Assembly: GCA_024137785.1 (NCBI GenBank)
Contig: JAHRHZ010000050.1
Location: forward strand, 17,087,874 to 17,151,873
Origin: Ginglymostoma cirratum
Lineage: Eukaryota
Direction: 5' to 3'
Length of the DNA: 64,000 bases
Translations under genes and position numbers: made by a program
Part shown: piece by piece, positions 38,671-52,019 of the stretch
How the letters are laid out: each line of letters opens with the position of its first letter
Position numbering within the stretch: position 1 is the stretch's first letter
The notes under the pieces: generated by a model
Told to the model about the DNA's origin: nothing
Database searches by the model: none
Seen by the model: only the letters and a program-made list of their open reading frames with translations

Positions 38671-39769
38671 ACTTAACAAAAGCAACTTACTGCAAATTTG
38701 AGAAGGAGAGAGAAGGAGAAAGCTGGAGAAACCTAACAGGTTTGGCATTATCTGTGGAGAAAGAAAGAGTTAATGTTTCAAGTCTGATACAATTCTTCCT
38801 CAGAAATTATTGCTGTGTGGTTTCATTTTCTATGCATCAAGTAAGGGCAGTAAACAGTTGTGATGTTCTGGTAATGACTTATGAGCAACTGTGCATGGGC
38901 AAATTTATCTAATGGGCAATTATTAGAGGAAATTCCTCCTTTGAATTGTTCAAAGTAGATTTTGCACTTCCTGCAGTTTTGAGATGGCTGTAATTATCCC
39001 ATGAGTAACGTCACTCCTAGATGCAACTGCAGGACCAAAATTCATTCATTGGAATATGCAGGTTAAGGAGTTCTAACTTCTTTACTTTTGATCTGGGTAA
39101 ATGTGCAGCTCTATAAATAACTAAAAGTAATGTACTTGTTATTTCCCGCAAAATCATTTGGTTATCTGTACCCTTGCCTCTGTGGTTTTTCATGTTCTTG
39201 CCATTTGTGCATGCTGAACCTTCAAATCTGTTTCTCCACTGTTTAATTTCCAGAATTGGAAATTTTGCCTGAGCCTTGAGTCCATTTCCAGTATTTGTAG
39301 ATATATTCTGAGTATGTTTCATGGAAACCAAGTTTAGATTTGTTTAAGGTGTAATGCTTGTACTCCATATTGTATATTGACAACCAGTTAAAATCTTTTT
39401 TATTCTGGGATGGGTTTTCTAATTCCCATCTGAGTTCTTTATGAACTAAAATAAGTTCGTGTTTATTTAATGTTTGTATCAAAAAATTGAAACTCTATGT
39501 TTGGAGCGATGGCTTAGTTTGTCTTAAGCGGTTCAGAACACCTCTGCCGGAATGGAACGGACTGTGATCTATATATATTTCATTATCCAGAAAGTTTGGT
39601 TCTGATTATTACGAACTGATGGAATCTGCCCCCACCCCACCACCCTGCTGCACTATAACACCTAATTATAGGACTGCAAATACATAAAATGATATTGCTC
39701 CTTAATGGAATATAAAAATAATAAAACATTTGATAAGGAAGAATAATTGTTATCTCAAGCAATCTTTAA

Positions 39770-42510
39770 AAAGCCATAAAGTATTTGCAGTACAGAAAGA
39801 GATCCTTCAGCCCCTCATGTCTGCACTGGTCATCAGACATCGATCTATTTTAATCCCATTTTCCAGTTTTTGGCCTGTAGCCTTGCATGCTATGGTATTT
39901 CAATTGCTGATCTAACTAATCTTAAATGCTTTGAGGATTCCCACCTCTAACAGCCTTTCAGGCATAAAATTCCAGGAACCCACAGCCCTCCGTGTGTAAG
40001 CTCTTTCCATCAAATCCTCTCTCAACCATTTGCCACTTATCTCGAAACTGAGCCCCCTGGTTATTGAACCCTCTTCTAATGGGAAAGTTTCACCCCATCT
40101 ACCTTGTCTGTATACCTCAGAACTTTCTACACCTCAATGAAATCCTTCCTCAGCTTTCTCTGTTCTAAGGGGAGAAAAAACCCCAGCCTATCTAGTCTCT
40201 GTCTCCATAGCTGACTCTCTCCTGCACAGGCAACTTTCTGCAGAATTTCCTCTGCACCCTCTCTCGAGCAATTGTATCCATCCTATAGCCTGGTGACCAG
40301 AACTGCACGTAGTATGCCAGTAAATGGCCTAACTAATGTTATATGCTGTTCTATCATAACCACCTTGCTGTTGTATTCAGTGGCTTGACTAATAAAGACA
40401 AGTATCCCATATGTCCCTTTACCTTATCTACTTGTCCTATTGGACATACACACCAAGGTTCTTCTGATCCCCTGTACTTTCTAGGGTCCTACTATTCAGT
40501 GTGTATTCCCTTGCCTTGTTAGTCCTTCCAAAATGCATCACCAACACTTTTTTTGAAATTAAATTCCGTTTGCCACTGTTCATTTGATTTTTCAGCCCAT
40601 CTTTATTGTCCTCTAGTCTAAGGCTTTCCTGGCTATTTACCACACTATCAATTTTTATCATCTGATCATGCCTCCTGCATTCATATCTGGATCATTAATG
40701 CACACAACAAATGCAAGGGAGCTAGCACTGAATTCTGGTACAGACTTCGTCACACAAGCACCCTACCATCATTTCCCTCAGTTTACTGTTATTAAGCCCG
40801 TTTTGATTCCAAATTGCCCTGGGTCCCCTAGGCCCATAGCTTCTTAACCAGTCTGCCATGCAAGACTTTGACACAAGCCTTACTGAAGTCAGTGTAGACT
40901 ACATCAACTGCATTACCTTTATCCATACACCTACCTCAAAAAATTTAGTCAAATTTATTAGAGATGATTTTCCCCTTACATAATCCATACTGACTATCCT
41001 TGATCAAGTCTTCTCTCCACATGGGATTTTTTCCAGTAATTTTGCTACTTATGAAAGGTAAATGTGCAACAAATATGCTGTCCATTCCTGATATTCTTGA
41101 ACTGAACTTGAACCCACTCATTAACCCACATTGTGGATTTTGAATTAAGTAGAAAAGATTGGTGAAGGATTTTGCCTTTTTAGTATCAGTAATATGTGTA
41201 ATATTACATTAGAATGGACCAAGGTATCAATGTTTTCTGCGTGACCGGTAGCAAGCTTAGAGCTGCAGAAACCATATACTTAATGATCTGAGTACAATCC
41301 CAAGGGAGATATTCTCATTTAGTTGAATGCTTATTTAGATGAATTAAGGGAGGGCAGCCAGCCTGGATTTGTTGAGGGGTGATTATTTATGACTACTTTG
41401 ACCTTACTTGCTACCCTTATTTAATTTTGAGGAGGGAGTATTTTTGATGGAATCTGTGGATTTTAGCAAGGTTTTTGGCAAGGTTATACATGGCAGATTT
41501 GTAATGAAAACAAAGGCTGATGGGATTCAAGAGCAGCTGTCAAATTGGATCTGAAATTGGCTCTGTTATGGAAAACTGTGGGCAGTGCATTTTGTGGCTA
41601 GAAGGCTTTTTCTGTTAGGGTGTCACAGGGTTCATTACAGTCTGTTGCTTTTTGTGGTTTGTTTCCAGGACTCTTAGATTTAAATGTAATGGGTATAATT
41701 GCATTTGCATATGATACAAAAATTGCAGTTTTTCGGAAGGTATTAATGGACTGGACTGGTCTGGTGGGTAAAAAAGTGGCAAATAGGATTCAATCCTGAG
41801 AAATGAGGTCATTTGTTTGGGAAAAGCAATGAAATATTTTAAAGCAAAGGATATTGGGAAGCATAGGGACCTTGGAGTACAAGTCTGCAGAGCCTCAAAA
41901 GTAACAGGTCAAATAGACAAGAGGATGTACTGTACATTTTTATTAGCCAAGGGCACAGATTATAAGAGCAGGAGGAGTTTGCAAAGACTAAATGAAGTGT
42001 TAGTTAATTGAGGAGTGAGAGAGATAAGGATCTAATTCTCATAGCAGAGGGGTCAGTTACCAGTCATATGAATTTAAAATGATAGGCAGAAGAATTAGAG
42101 AGTTATTAAGACAAAATTCTTTCAGATTGAGGGTAATGGAAAGTTTGGAATTCAGTGTCTGAGAAGGGTAAATAATCTCACCACATCGCATTAATAAGGG
42201 CTATGCACTTGTGCTACAAAGTGGGATTGGCTAGCTGGCTTGATTAAAAACTGAAAGAACTGTGGATGCTGTAAATCCAGAACAAAAACAGAAGTTGCTG
42301 GTAAAGCTCAGCAGGTCTGGCAGCATCTGTGAAGAAAAAATCACCAGACCCAAAACGTTAACTGATTTTTTTTTTTGTTTTTTTTTTGCTTCAGATGCTG
42401 CCAGACCTGCTGAGCTTTTCCAGCAACTTTGTTTTTGTTGGCTAGCTGGCTTGTTCGGCTTACACACATGTACTAGATCAAATGGATTCCTTTTTGTGCT
42501 ATAAATTTAT
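39770..42510. mobile_element. Two decayed CR1-like LINEs in opposite orientation (- ~39770-41050; + ~41200-42510)
   Basis: Left copy: - strand RT motifs (aagccttactgaagtcagtgtagactacatcaactgc). Right copy: + strand gattttagcaaggtttttggcaagg, tttgcatatgatacaaaaatt. Confidence 0.7.
42243..42437. mobile_element. Hairpin Penelope-derived insertion, 16-bp TSD ttggctagctggcttg (42227-42242/42438-42453)
   Basis: Inverted arms caaaaacagaagttgctggtaaagctcagcaggtctggcagcatctg / cagatgctgccagacctgctgagcttttccagcaactttgtttttg plus an exact TSD. Confidence 0.9.
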
Positions 42511-43570
42511 GATTCTCTGGTGAAATATAGGGTTTATCCTAGATTTCGATTGCCATGAAAATTGACTGACTAACTATTTTGTGACTCTTGTTATGACTTT
42601 GAAGAAGAGTTTTAGGAGTAAGTCATTCTGTACTTCAAGTTGCTTTGAAATCTTTGTATTGATTCCCCAAACAAAGATGGGAAGTGTTCATTTTACAAAT
42701 ACATTATTCAGTTTATACAATCTTTTGCTGTCCCAAGATAATGGTAAAGTAGAGGCTTGACCAATTTAGTGTGCTAAAGTACATTCCATTGAAAAATAAA
42801 AACTCAACAAGAAAGACTCATCCATGTCTCGCTCAAGAAGTTAGGGATAATGTCATTTTAATAGAAGAGCTTGTATAACACCAAAGTAACAAGTCTGAGG
42901 ACTGGGAATGTTTTAGAAACCACCAAATGGCTACCAACAAAGTTGTTAAAAAGGGAGAGAGTGGAACATCAAAGTCAAGTAGCCAGAAATATAAAAATAT
43001 ATTTAAGAACTTGAGTATATAAAAAGGAAGGTGGTAACTGAAGTAAATGTAGGCCACTGAATTTCTCCTGTCTCTGCTTTTATCATAGGATTAAGGAAAT
43101 GACAATGTTCTTGAACAAATATAAGCGCAAGTTTATTTCCAGAAATAGACCATAACCAAGAGACTTCAAGGTGATGAGATTTGGGAATTAATATCAACTT
43201 GGGTTTGATTTTGTTCATTATTGTCACATGTACTGCGATACAGTGAAAAGTATTGTTCGTGGGCTATCCAGACAAATAACAGCTTACATAAGTACACCAG
43301 GATAATAGAGCAGAATGCAGAGTATAGTGTTACAGCTACAGAGAAGGTGCAGAGAAGAATCAACTCTAATATGAGAGTCCATTCATAAAGTCTGATAACA
43401 ATAAGGAAGAAGCTGTTCTTGAATCCATCGGTACATGCTTTCAAACTTTTATATCTTCTACCTGATGGAAGAGGGTGGAGGAGAGTATAACTGAGGTGGG
43501 AGTGGTCGTTGATTACGTTGGCTGCTTTCCTGAGGCAGTGGGAAGTGTAGAAGGAGTCAATAGAAGGAAG

Positions 43571-44214
43571 AGAGATAACAAGGTGTAGAGCTGGATGAAC
43601 ACAGCAGGCCAGGCGGCATCCGAGGAGCAGGAAGGCTGACTTTTCAGGCCTAGACCCTTCAGAAAAGAATAGAGCTCCCTCACCCCAATCCCAGGCCCCA
43701 AGAAGACTTTCCACATCAGGCAGAGGTTCACCTGCCAATGTGGTATANNNNNNNNNNNNNNNNNNNNNNNNNNNNNNNNNNNNNNNNNNNNNNNNNNNNN
43801 NNNNNNNNNNNNNNNNNNNNNNNNNNNNNNNNNNNNNNNNNNNNNNNNNNNNNNNNNNNNNNNNNNNNNNNNNNNNNNNNNNNNNNNNNNNNNNNNNNNN
43901 NNNNNNNNNNNNNNNNNNNNNNNNNNNNNNNNNNNNNNNNNNNNNNNNNNNNNNNNNNNNNNNNNNNNNNNNNNNNNNNNNNNNNNNNNNNNNNNNNNNN
44001 NNNNNNNNNNNNNNNNNNNNNNNNNNNNNNNNNNNNNNNNNNNNNNNNNNNNNNNNNNNNNNNNNNNNNNNNNNNNNNNNNNNNNNNNNNNNNNNNNNNN
44101 NNNNNNNNNNNNNNNNNNNNNNNNNNNNNNNNNNNNNNNNNNNNNNNCAAGTTTTCCTGCTCCTATGATGCTGCTTGACCTGCTGTGTTCATCCAGCCCC
44201 GTGCTTGTTATCTC
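43571..44214 (+). mobile_element. Penelope insertion with inverted ends and 12-bp TSD aatagaaggaag (43559-43570/44215-44226), spanning an assembly gap
   Basis: Ends gagataacaag../..cttgttatctc. Internal PGPKKTFHIRQRFTC resembles the sequence just before a Penelope GIY-YIG domain. Confidence 0.85.
43748..44147. other. Assembly gap (400 N)
   Basis: Run of N. Confidence 1.
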
Positions 44215-45969
44215 AATAGAAGGAAGTTTGGTTTCTGTGATGGACTGGGCTGAGTTCACAACTCTGTAATTTCCTACGCTCTTGGGCAAAACAGTTACGA
44301 TACCAAGCTGTGGTGCATCTGAAAAAGTTGCTTTCTATGGTGCAACTACAGAAATTGATGGGAGTCATTGAGAACATGCTGAATTTCCTAGCCTTCTGAG
44401 GAAGTAGAGGCGTTGGTGTGCCACCTTGACTGTAGTGTTGGTGTGGATGGACCAGAACACAGTGGTGATATTTACTCTTGGGAACTTGAAGCTCTTGACA
44501 ATCTCCACCTTTAATACCAATGATACAGACAGGGGCATGTACTCCATTCCATTTCCTGAAGTCGATGACCAGCTCCTCCTCTTTGCTGATATTGAGGGAG
44601 AGATTGTTGTCTTTACACGGTGCCACTCAGCTCTCCATCTCTTTCCTGTGTTCTATCTCATTGTTTGAAATCTAACCCACTGCAATGGTGTCATCAGCAA
44701 ATTTGCACATGGAATTAGAGCTGAATTTGGTCTCCGTCACAAGTGTATAAGGAATGCAGTAAGGGGCTGAGTATGCTGTCTTGCGGGGCACTGCTGTTGA
44801 GGATTATCGTAAGAAGTGTTGCCTTTCCTTCCTGATTTTATGGTTTGTGGGTCAGGAAGTAGAGGACCCAGTTGCAGAGAGTGAACAGAGTCCTAGGTCT
44901 TGGAGTTTGGAGAATGTTTGGTTGGGATTATGGTTTTGAAGGCAGAGCTAAAGTCAATAAGTAGGAGTCTGAAAAATCTGTTCAATGTTAACCTACTTCT
45001 TAAGTTATAACATTCTGCCCTGGTTACATTGAGTTATTTACGGCACTAAGGGAGGTAATTTGTCCCATTTGAGTCCAACCATCATCTCTTGGGGCAGCTC
45101 TCTGGCAAGAAACCTGATGATAGAGATATGAAATTGAGATGCATTATGTAATGGGCCTTGTACTGAAACTTTCAAATCAAAAAATGAACATTTAACTGCA
45201 AATGTTGGATTATTCTTAGGGAATTTATTGCAGGATTTTGTAATGATCACAGGAAATTCACTTTATTAATTTCGTAAAATTTTCTGTCCAATCAGTTAAA
45301 TGGTCTCATTTGACCCACTTAAGCTGGAAGCCATAGGGCAGCATTGACAAAACCTGAATATGAGGCTGGAGTGCTCGTCCCAAATCAAGATCTGCTGAAT
45401 AATGTAGCAACGTGGATGAAGACAAGGCAGAACGAATAGGAAGAGACAATGCTTAACTTAAATTGTCCATCAGCAAATGAGGGCACTGCAGTGATTAGAA
45501 TTTAAAAATATGGTACAAGATGTTCTTTATCTGAATGCAAGTTGCATCCACAACAAGATAGATGTACAAGTACAAATAGAGGTAAATGGTTTAGATTTAG
45601 CTTCCATTACATCGATGTAGTTACAAGGTTGTTGTGGTGGAGTGTTAGTGTCTCTACCTGTAAACCAGAAGTTCTAGGTTCAAGTCCCATCTGTCCCAGA
45701 CTTGTGTCCTAATGTGTCTGAACAGGTTGAATAAAAATATCTTGATATGGTGGAAGATCACTGAGCCAGATTTTGTGCCTGGCTTGAGCATTGAGATTGT
45801 TTGATCCCCTGGTAGTTGAGGCTTACTTAAGATCACTCATTTCTGGGAGGGAAATATCCGTTTGTTTTTTTTTTTTTTTTTGCAACTTTTAATTTTGTTG
45901 AGTTTGTGCGAAGTTGTTAACTAAACACTATGAAGTCATCCACTTTGGACTTCTAACAAGGAATAGAAT

Positions 45970-47040
45970 ACTTTATTGGGTCTGTTTTACAGCACAGAAA
46001 CAGTCTGTGCCGGACATCAAATACTGATGTACCCTAGATGTAATTTTTCCAGTCCTTGGTCCATAGCCCTGAATGCTATGACACTTCAAGCGATCATCTA
46101 AATATTGCTTAAATGTTGTAATCATCCCTGCCTCTATCACCTTTTCAGGTGATCAGTTTTAGATACCTGTCATCCACTGTGTGAAAACATGCTTCCTTAA
46201 ATCCCCTGTAAGCCTCCTGCCCTTAATCTTGAATCTATGTACCCTGCTTATTGATCCCTCTGCAAAGGGGAAAATTGTTTTCCCACCTTATGTCTCCCAT
46301 AATTTTGTACCCCTCAATCAAGATCCCCCCTTGGCCTTCTCGGCTCTAAGGAAAGAACTCTAACCTATCTAGTCCCTCTTCATGGCTGAAATGTTCTAAT
46401 AGAATATATGAAGGAACATATATAGGGGGTTTGTTTGTTGAAATACCCCAAAATGTTGTGAAGTGGTACACAAAATAAGGTTGGAAGGGGGCTGGCGACA
46501 GAAGTGTAGAAGATCTGCTGCGGTGGTCTGAAACCATGATTTGGCCAGATATGGAGTATTCCATATATATTTGCTTTAGTTTTGGATCCAGTACATGGTC
46601 ATCAGAATGATGCTGATGTTAAAAAAGTTCAATTATGAGAAGGGTTGTGTTGACCAGATTTCAATTTCATTGAGTACAGTACGGAAGATTGTGATATTTT
46701 TGATCATTCAGTGGTTTGATATGATAGGTAAATTAGCTCTCTGGAAGGGAAATTCAGAACAAGGTGACAGAGCTTAAAGTTAGAGTTAGATTATTTGGAT
46801 GTAATGTCAGATATAATTTTCTACATAAGAGAGCAGAAATTATCTGAAATAAACAGTTGAGGCCAGGTCAATTAGAAGTTCAAAATTACACTTAGACTTT
46901 TGTTGAGGGTGCTCAGGGGACAGAGAACCAAGGTGGGAAATGGAATGCAGTGATAGATCAGCCTTGATCTAAACAGCTGGCAGGCACAAGTGGCTGAATG
47001 GCCTCCTGTAGCTAAATGTCTTCTTGTAGCTAAATGTCTT
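45970..47040. mobile_element. Two CR1-like 3' fragments (- ~45970-46400; + ~46590-47040)
   Basis: CR1 3' motifs in both orientations. Confidence 0.6.
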
Positions 47041-48144
47041 AACTTTGTATTTTTGTGTACGTTGAATAAGATGTTCAGCTGGAATGCTATCTCACCTAGA
47101 ACGTAAGTTGTCCTGATGTATTTAGACATATATTTCAAATAGTGTTGCTGGTAGTCACATGCGGTACATTCACATTCAATTAATTGACTTATTTAGGCAT
47201 TGCTTGAGTTATGCCAATTTTCACTATCAGTGCTATATTTTCATACTAGAATTGTTAAGAGGAGGCCTGCAAGGGCCTTTGGCTTTGTAATTTACATCTC
47301 TTGTTAATTTAATGACACTTCATCTATTGTATTGCATTTTCTGCTTTGATTTTCTTTGTCTTTCAACTGGCATTCAGCACTGAATCTTTCAGACATTAAT
47401 AAGGGATTCCCAGAAATGATAGTTGCAGAGACCTTCCACCCAAGTTGTGAAAATTGCTAAATTGCACAACAAAAAGCAATTAAGTGAAAAAGTACTAATT
47501 ACACAGATATGAGAGATTGGCTGCAAAGATGAAAATAGCTCAAAACATGTTGACAAATCAATTTCAATTGTAGGAAATGCAGGAGGTAGAGAGCGAGGAA
47601 GTTTGAAATATGGATAGACATGTTGTCAGGAGGAATTGTAGTCAAGGACATGTTGAAGGTCAAGAGTTGATGCAAGTGAGAAGAATAATAGGTGGTGTTC
47701 TGTTATATAGAAGCAGTGAATCAGTAAATACCGTGCTTTTTTACGTAATAAAGCTACATGGAAAGAACGTCATTTCCTCCTGAAATATTCTGCCATCTCT
47801 TTTCCCTTTTTTCATATCTCTATCTATCCCAATTATATATCACTCAGTTTCTTGCATTATTCCAAATGTGAATCCTCACTCCGCCTGGAAGCCCATTTCT
47901 TATGTTGATTAGTGTGTGCTTGCTGAGACAGAACTCCCCAGAATAACTGCATGGTGCTGAAGTTGATATTTAACACTTCGTATAAACTGCCAACTCAACA
48001 CTAGACGTAAGTGATGTGCCACCATTATCATTGTTTTCATTTGTATTTTTGTTTCTGGAATTCTGCTTCCTTAAGTTTTCTGTCACTCTTCAGAATTTCA
48101 GAACTCTGAATCATAGCCTCTTTCCACACTGTAGGGATTCTATT

Positions 48145-48438
48145 TGGCTTGAGTCTGCAGTAGCTCTTTGAACAGCATCTCACCTAGACCCAGCCCCCTA
48201 TCCTCATAACCCCACATTTACCATAGCTAATCCACCTAGCCTGCACAACCCTGAACACTCTGGGGCAATTTAGCACAACCAGTCCACCTAAACTCAATCT
48301 TTGTGGGAGGAAACCAGAGCACCATGCAGACATTGTGCAAACTCAGCACATTTGCCCAGTCACCCAAGGCTGGATTCAAACCTGGGTCTCTTGCACTATG
48401 AGGCAGTAGTACTAACCACTGAGCTACTGTATCATCCC
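48145..48438 (-). mobile_element. HE1-type V-SINE (decayed)
   Basis: - strand gctcagtggttagtactactgcctcatagtgcaagagacccaggtttgaatcc..tggtttcctcccacaaa..gctaaattgccccag. Confidence 0.8.
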
Positions 48439-49214
48439 ACATATCTCTTTAGTCAAACTTTTGATCAACTTTTTAATCTTTGTTCCCATTTGACTTCATT
48501 GCTAGTATTTTATTTTAAACCAGAAATGCGAAATGAATGTAAATTCTCGTTGATATCGTAAAATGAAAAACTCTGCTGTTGTAACTTATTTTAAAATAAT
48601 TTTTGGGTAACTCTGCAGCCTTCCTGTTAGTGGACAAATGTTGGCAATCTGGGATAAAGTGCATTTCACCATTTAATTCTTCCTCACCCATGATAATTAG
48701 CTAATCTTTTAATGTCCCAACTGGAGTGCAATAGCATGGTCTTGTATCTATAGCAGCAGGTCAAACAGTAAAACCAGAATCTGGACATATTTCAGTTGTA
48801 AGTTGCGAAATAGACTCAGCAGATGTGAAGTGTTTGGAACAATAGAAGTTCCAGAATAAAACCTCCAAAGCCACTTTATGATGTAGAATTCGTAATGTAC
48901 ATTTTTTTGTAGGATGCCCATTTGGAAAACTTCTGCTTCCTAAATGTTGATTTGCGTAAAGTCTGCATTCATCTTAATGCAAGTATCTTTTGAAAATCAA
49001 ATATAATCCTTGAAATTTTCATTGGAAAGAAATGCATACCACAGCATTATGTTTATCCTCCCTTCTTCATTTTTAACCTTGAGTTGTTTTCTGGCAGCCA
49101 TATGCATTTCTTTAATACTAACTTAGGGTGTGCAGTATTGATTCTGGTATGTTCTTTGCAAGCAAAAATTACAAAAAGAAAACCTGCCTTTGAATAGCTA
49201 TTGAAGGAATAATA

Positions 49215-49625
49215 GATTCGTATCTAAATGGTAGCTTTCATGTTGTCAAGTCATCCCGTACCACTTCATTGCTAATAGAGGTACTTTTGAAACCCAATTC
49301 CTTGTAATATAAAGTAGCGTGGACACTGATCTGTTCATCACGTAGTCCCAGTAATAGCAAATAGATAACTAGCCAGAAAATGGGCTTTAGGTAATCTTAG
49401 TTATGGAATTTGCTTTGCATGGAATACCGATTAAACTTGCCCCGCTCTTCTCGAATGATGTTATGGGATCTTTTGCAATCCCTTGAGGGGCAGATGTTGC
49501 CTTAGTTTTGACATCACATCTGAAAGATGGTATATTTAGCAGTGCAACACACTCTACTCCTGCAATCAAATGGAAAATCAAATATCTAGAGTACGGTTTA
49601 AACCTCCAATCTTGCAGCTCGGGGC
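49215..49625 (-). mobile_element. Deu-domain SINE (SacSINE1/AmnSINE1-like)
   Basis: - strand atctttcagatgtgatgtcaaaactaagg..tctgcccctcaagg..aaaagatcccataacatcattcgagaagagcgggc resembles the Deu core. Confidence 0.7.
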
Positions 49626-50438
49626 TAGTGTGTGCAAGTGAGATAAAAATGAGCTGTTTTCATCCTCTTCTGTGCGTTAATTGATGTCATGGTATATTCA
49701 ACTATATAATAATGCAAATATTTTTTATTGGGAGCTATTTTTCCATGCTTTGATTGCTCCATGTGTGGAGATGACTTTGCTAGCCTAAACAAAATGGGGC
49801 AAAACATGGGCTTTATCTCGATTTATTTAGGTCATGGCTGATCCCTATCTGAACTCTCCTTACTTGTATTTGGTCCATTGCTGTGACCCTTTTTGAGATA
49901 TAATGCCCAAAATGTTGGACTCCATTTAAGAGTCTGTCCACTGCAAGTGCAGTGAGACATCAGTTCTTAATTTGACTAAACAGATTTGAACTTGTCACCT
50001 CAGCCTACTTTTTACCTGCTATTACTTTGCAGTATCAAGTTGCAATAAAATTACAGATTGATCAGCAAGTGTTTGAGCCCCACATGCACTCTGTTAGTTC
50101 AGTATTGAAGAGTAATATTTACAAATAATTTTGTGCAAGGTAATAATTCCACTTGCTATTCAAGTGGATTGTCTTGCTTGAAATTTATGGAGCTGAGAAT
50201 ATCTGCAGCCATGGTTTATACCAGATTTATGGTCAAGGAAGTTTGGGATATGAAATTAAGAGGGGCATCTTGTAAAATTTTTGGCTTTGAGTCCTGACGA
50301 CAAGAAAAATGATTCATGTATACATTCATTTACGAGGTGAAGAGTGTTTATTGGATACAGAGAAATGTTCTTGGTGACAGTTGTAGCAGTTTTGAAATTT
50401 ACAATCTTGTAATGCACTTTCTTTTGTTTGCTTTGCAG

Positions 50439-50477
50439 GAAGTTTGGGGAGCGACCTCAACCCAAACGCCTCACCAG
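50439..50477 (+). CDS. RBPJ: RBPJ coding exon 2 (39 nt; G/KFGERPQPKRLT/R)
   Basis: Polypyrimidine tract + ttgcag|G AAG TTT GGG GAG CGA CCT CAA CCC AAA CGC CTC ACC AG|gtaaag. Matches the recalled human RBPJ peptide KFGERPPPKRLTR with one P>Q difference. Confidence 0.96.
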
Positions 50478-51178
50478 GTAAAGTTCTGTGATGTTTGGTG
50501 TGTCATATATCACAATTTTGGTTTAAAGACAAAAGTACCGGAGAGGTCTATGCAATTCCATTATTATGTTGCAACACAATATACAGCATGGGTTTACTTT
50601 TAAAGCATTTGGGAAAAACTGCAAAAATAGTTTAATGCTAGATGTTTAATATTGGGGACCAAAGTTATGCTCAACCAACTTCATGCACCAAATACCTAAA
50701 TTTGCTGTGGTGACTGTTGTATGAAGTCTGTGAAAATAGGTCAGTAAACTTATGAAACCTTATTTCTGCCATTGTGCACATTGAATGCACTCCCTTCTTA
50801 GAATTTTTATATGCTTTGGGCATGGAGTTATTTTGGGTATAGTTTATTAAATAGTAGACTGAGAAATGTAAAGAACTAATTTGTAAAATGATGTCTGTCA
50901 AATTTGTTTTTGCCTTTTGTTGAGTAAATAACTGTTAGATTAACAACATTAGATTCTTTTGTGACCTTTAATTACACAACATGGCAATTTCAGTCTGTTT
51001 TTGAGGTCGTTTAAGTATTTTGTCTTATTGAAGAAAACCATTCTTCTTCAAAAACTAACTTCATACTTGCAAACTTTACACCAAATGGTGAATGAACTTT
51101 CATGCGCACCTATTTTTTTGCAGTCTACAGAAATCTGTTAAGATTTAACTGTTGCTTAAGCTTTTAAACTCTTGGTAA

Positions 51179-51304
<126 letters not shown>

Positions 51305-52019
51305 TGAGTTGCTTAGGAACTGAATGTGTGGTACGTTTTTTTGTGATTGTGCTTGCCATTTGTCCAGAAAGGAAAGATAGAGCTTGCATTTATATTGTCT
51401 TCTAATGCTTTGGAGTTGTTGTAAACTACTTTGCGATTACTGTTTTGCTTTACACGTACAGCTACTTGTCAATAAACAACTGTTATACAACCCCTAGCAA
51501 ACTACAGATGGCTCATTGACAAAATGATCTCTTTTGTAGTAATTGTGTTTCTGGATAGCAGTGTTTTATCAAATAGTGCCATGCTTAGTTCTGTTTATGA
51601 AATACTGCTGCTGCTATTTAGCATGCATAAAGTCTTGTGTTGTAATTTCACCAGATTGACACCTCACTTTTCAGTATGCTTGTTGGTTGTCCTTGCATAC
51701 TTGCCTGCAATCATTGAAATGCATTTGGTAGTCTACTTTGGTTATTAGGTGAGGCATACATTTGGCCATGAATTTACAGATTGTGGTTGGAAACAATGCT
51801 GACATTGATAGTCCACAATACTTCGTTTTCTCAATTTTGAGCTGCTGTAACTGTTCTGAAACCTTCCTATGTAGTGTGTTAATGCTACCTGATACAATGG
51901 ATATTGCCTTCACTGTGAAAACAGGACCTTGTCTCCACTCTGCGTTGTTTTCCCCCTGCCAATACCGTCATTGATGTATCTGTGACACGTGAGGGCAAGA
52001 TGAAATAAGATTTTCTGTT

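Larger units (their letters stand above)
43200..44975 (-). mobile_element. Rex1/Babar-like LINE RT-to-3' fragment
   Basis: CKDNNLSLNISKEEELVIDFRK, KVAHQRLYFLRRL, LPSGRRYKSL..FKNSFF. Confidence 0.85.

Noticed and set aside
43513-44289. Long ORFs of 140-258 aa
   Set aside because: They run through the 400-N gap and transposon sequence.
28161-46940. Scattered GTGGGAA (RBPJ) motifs in intron 1 (e.g. 28161, ~33595, ~46932)
   Set aside because: Isolated, not in paired-site arrangement, partly inside LINEs, and expected by chance at this length.
47007-47040. Tandem duplication of tgtagctaaatgtctt (period 18)
   Set aside because: Located at a CR1 3' tail; ordinary slippage.
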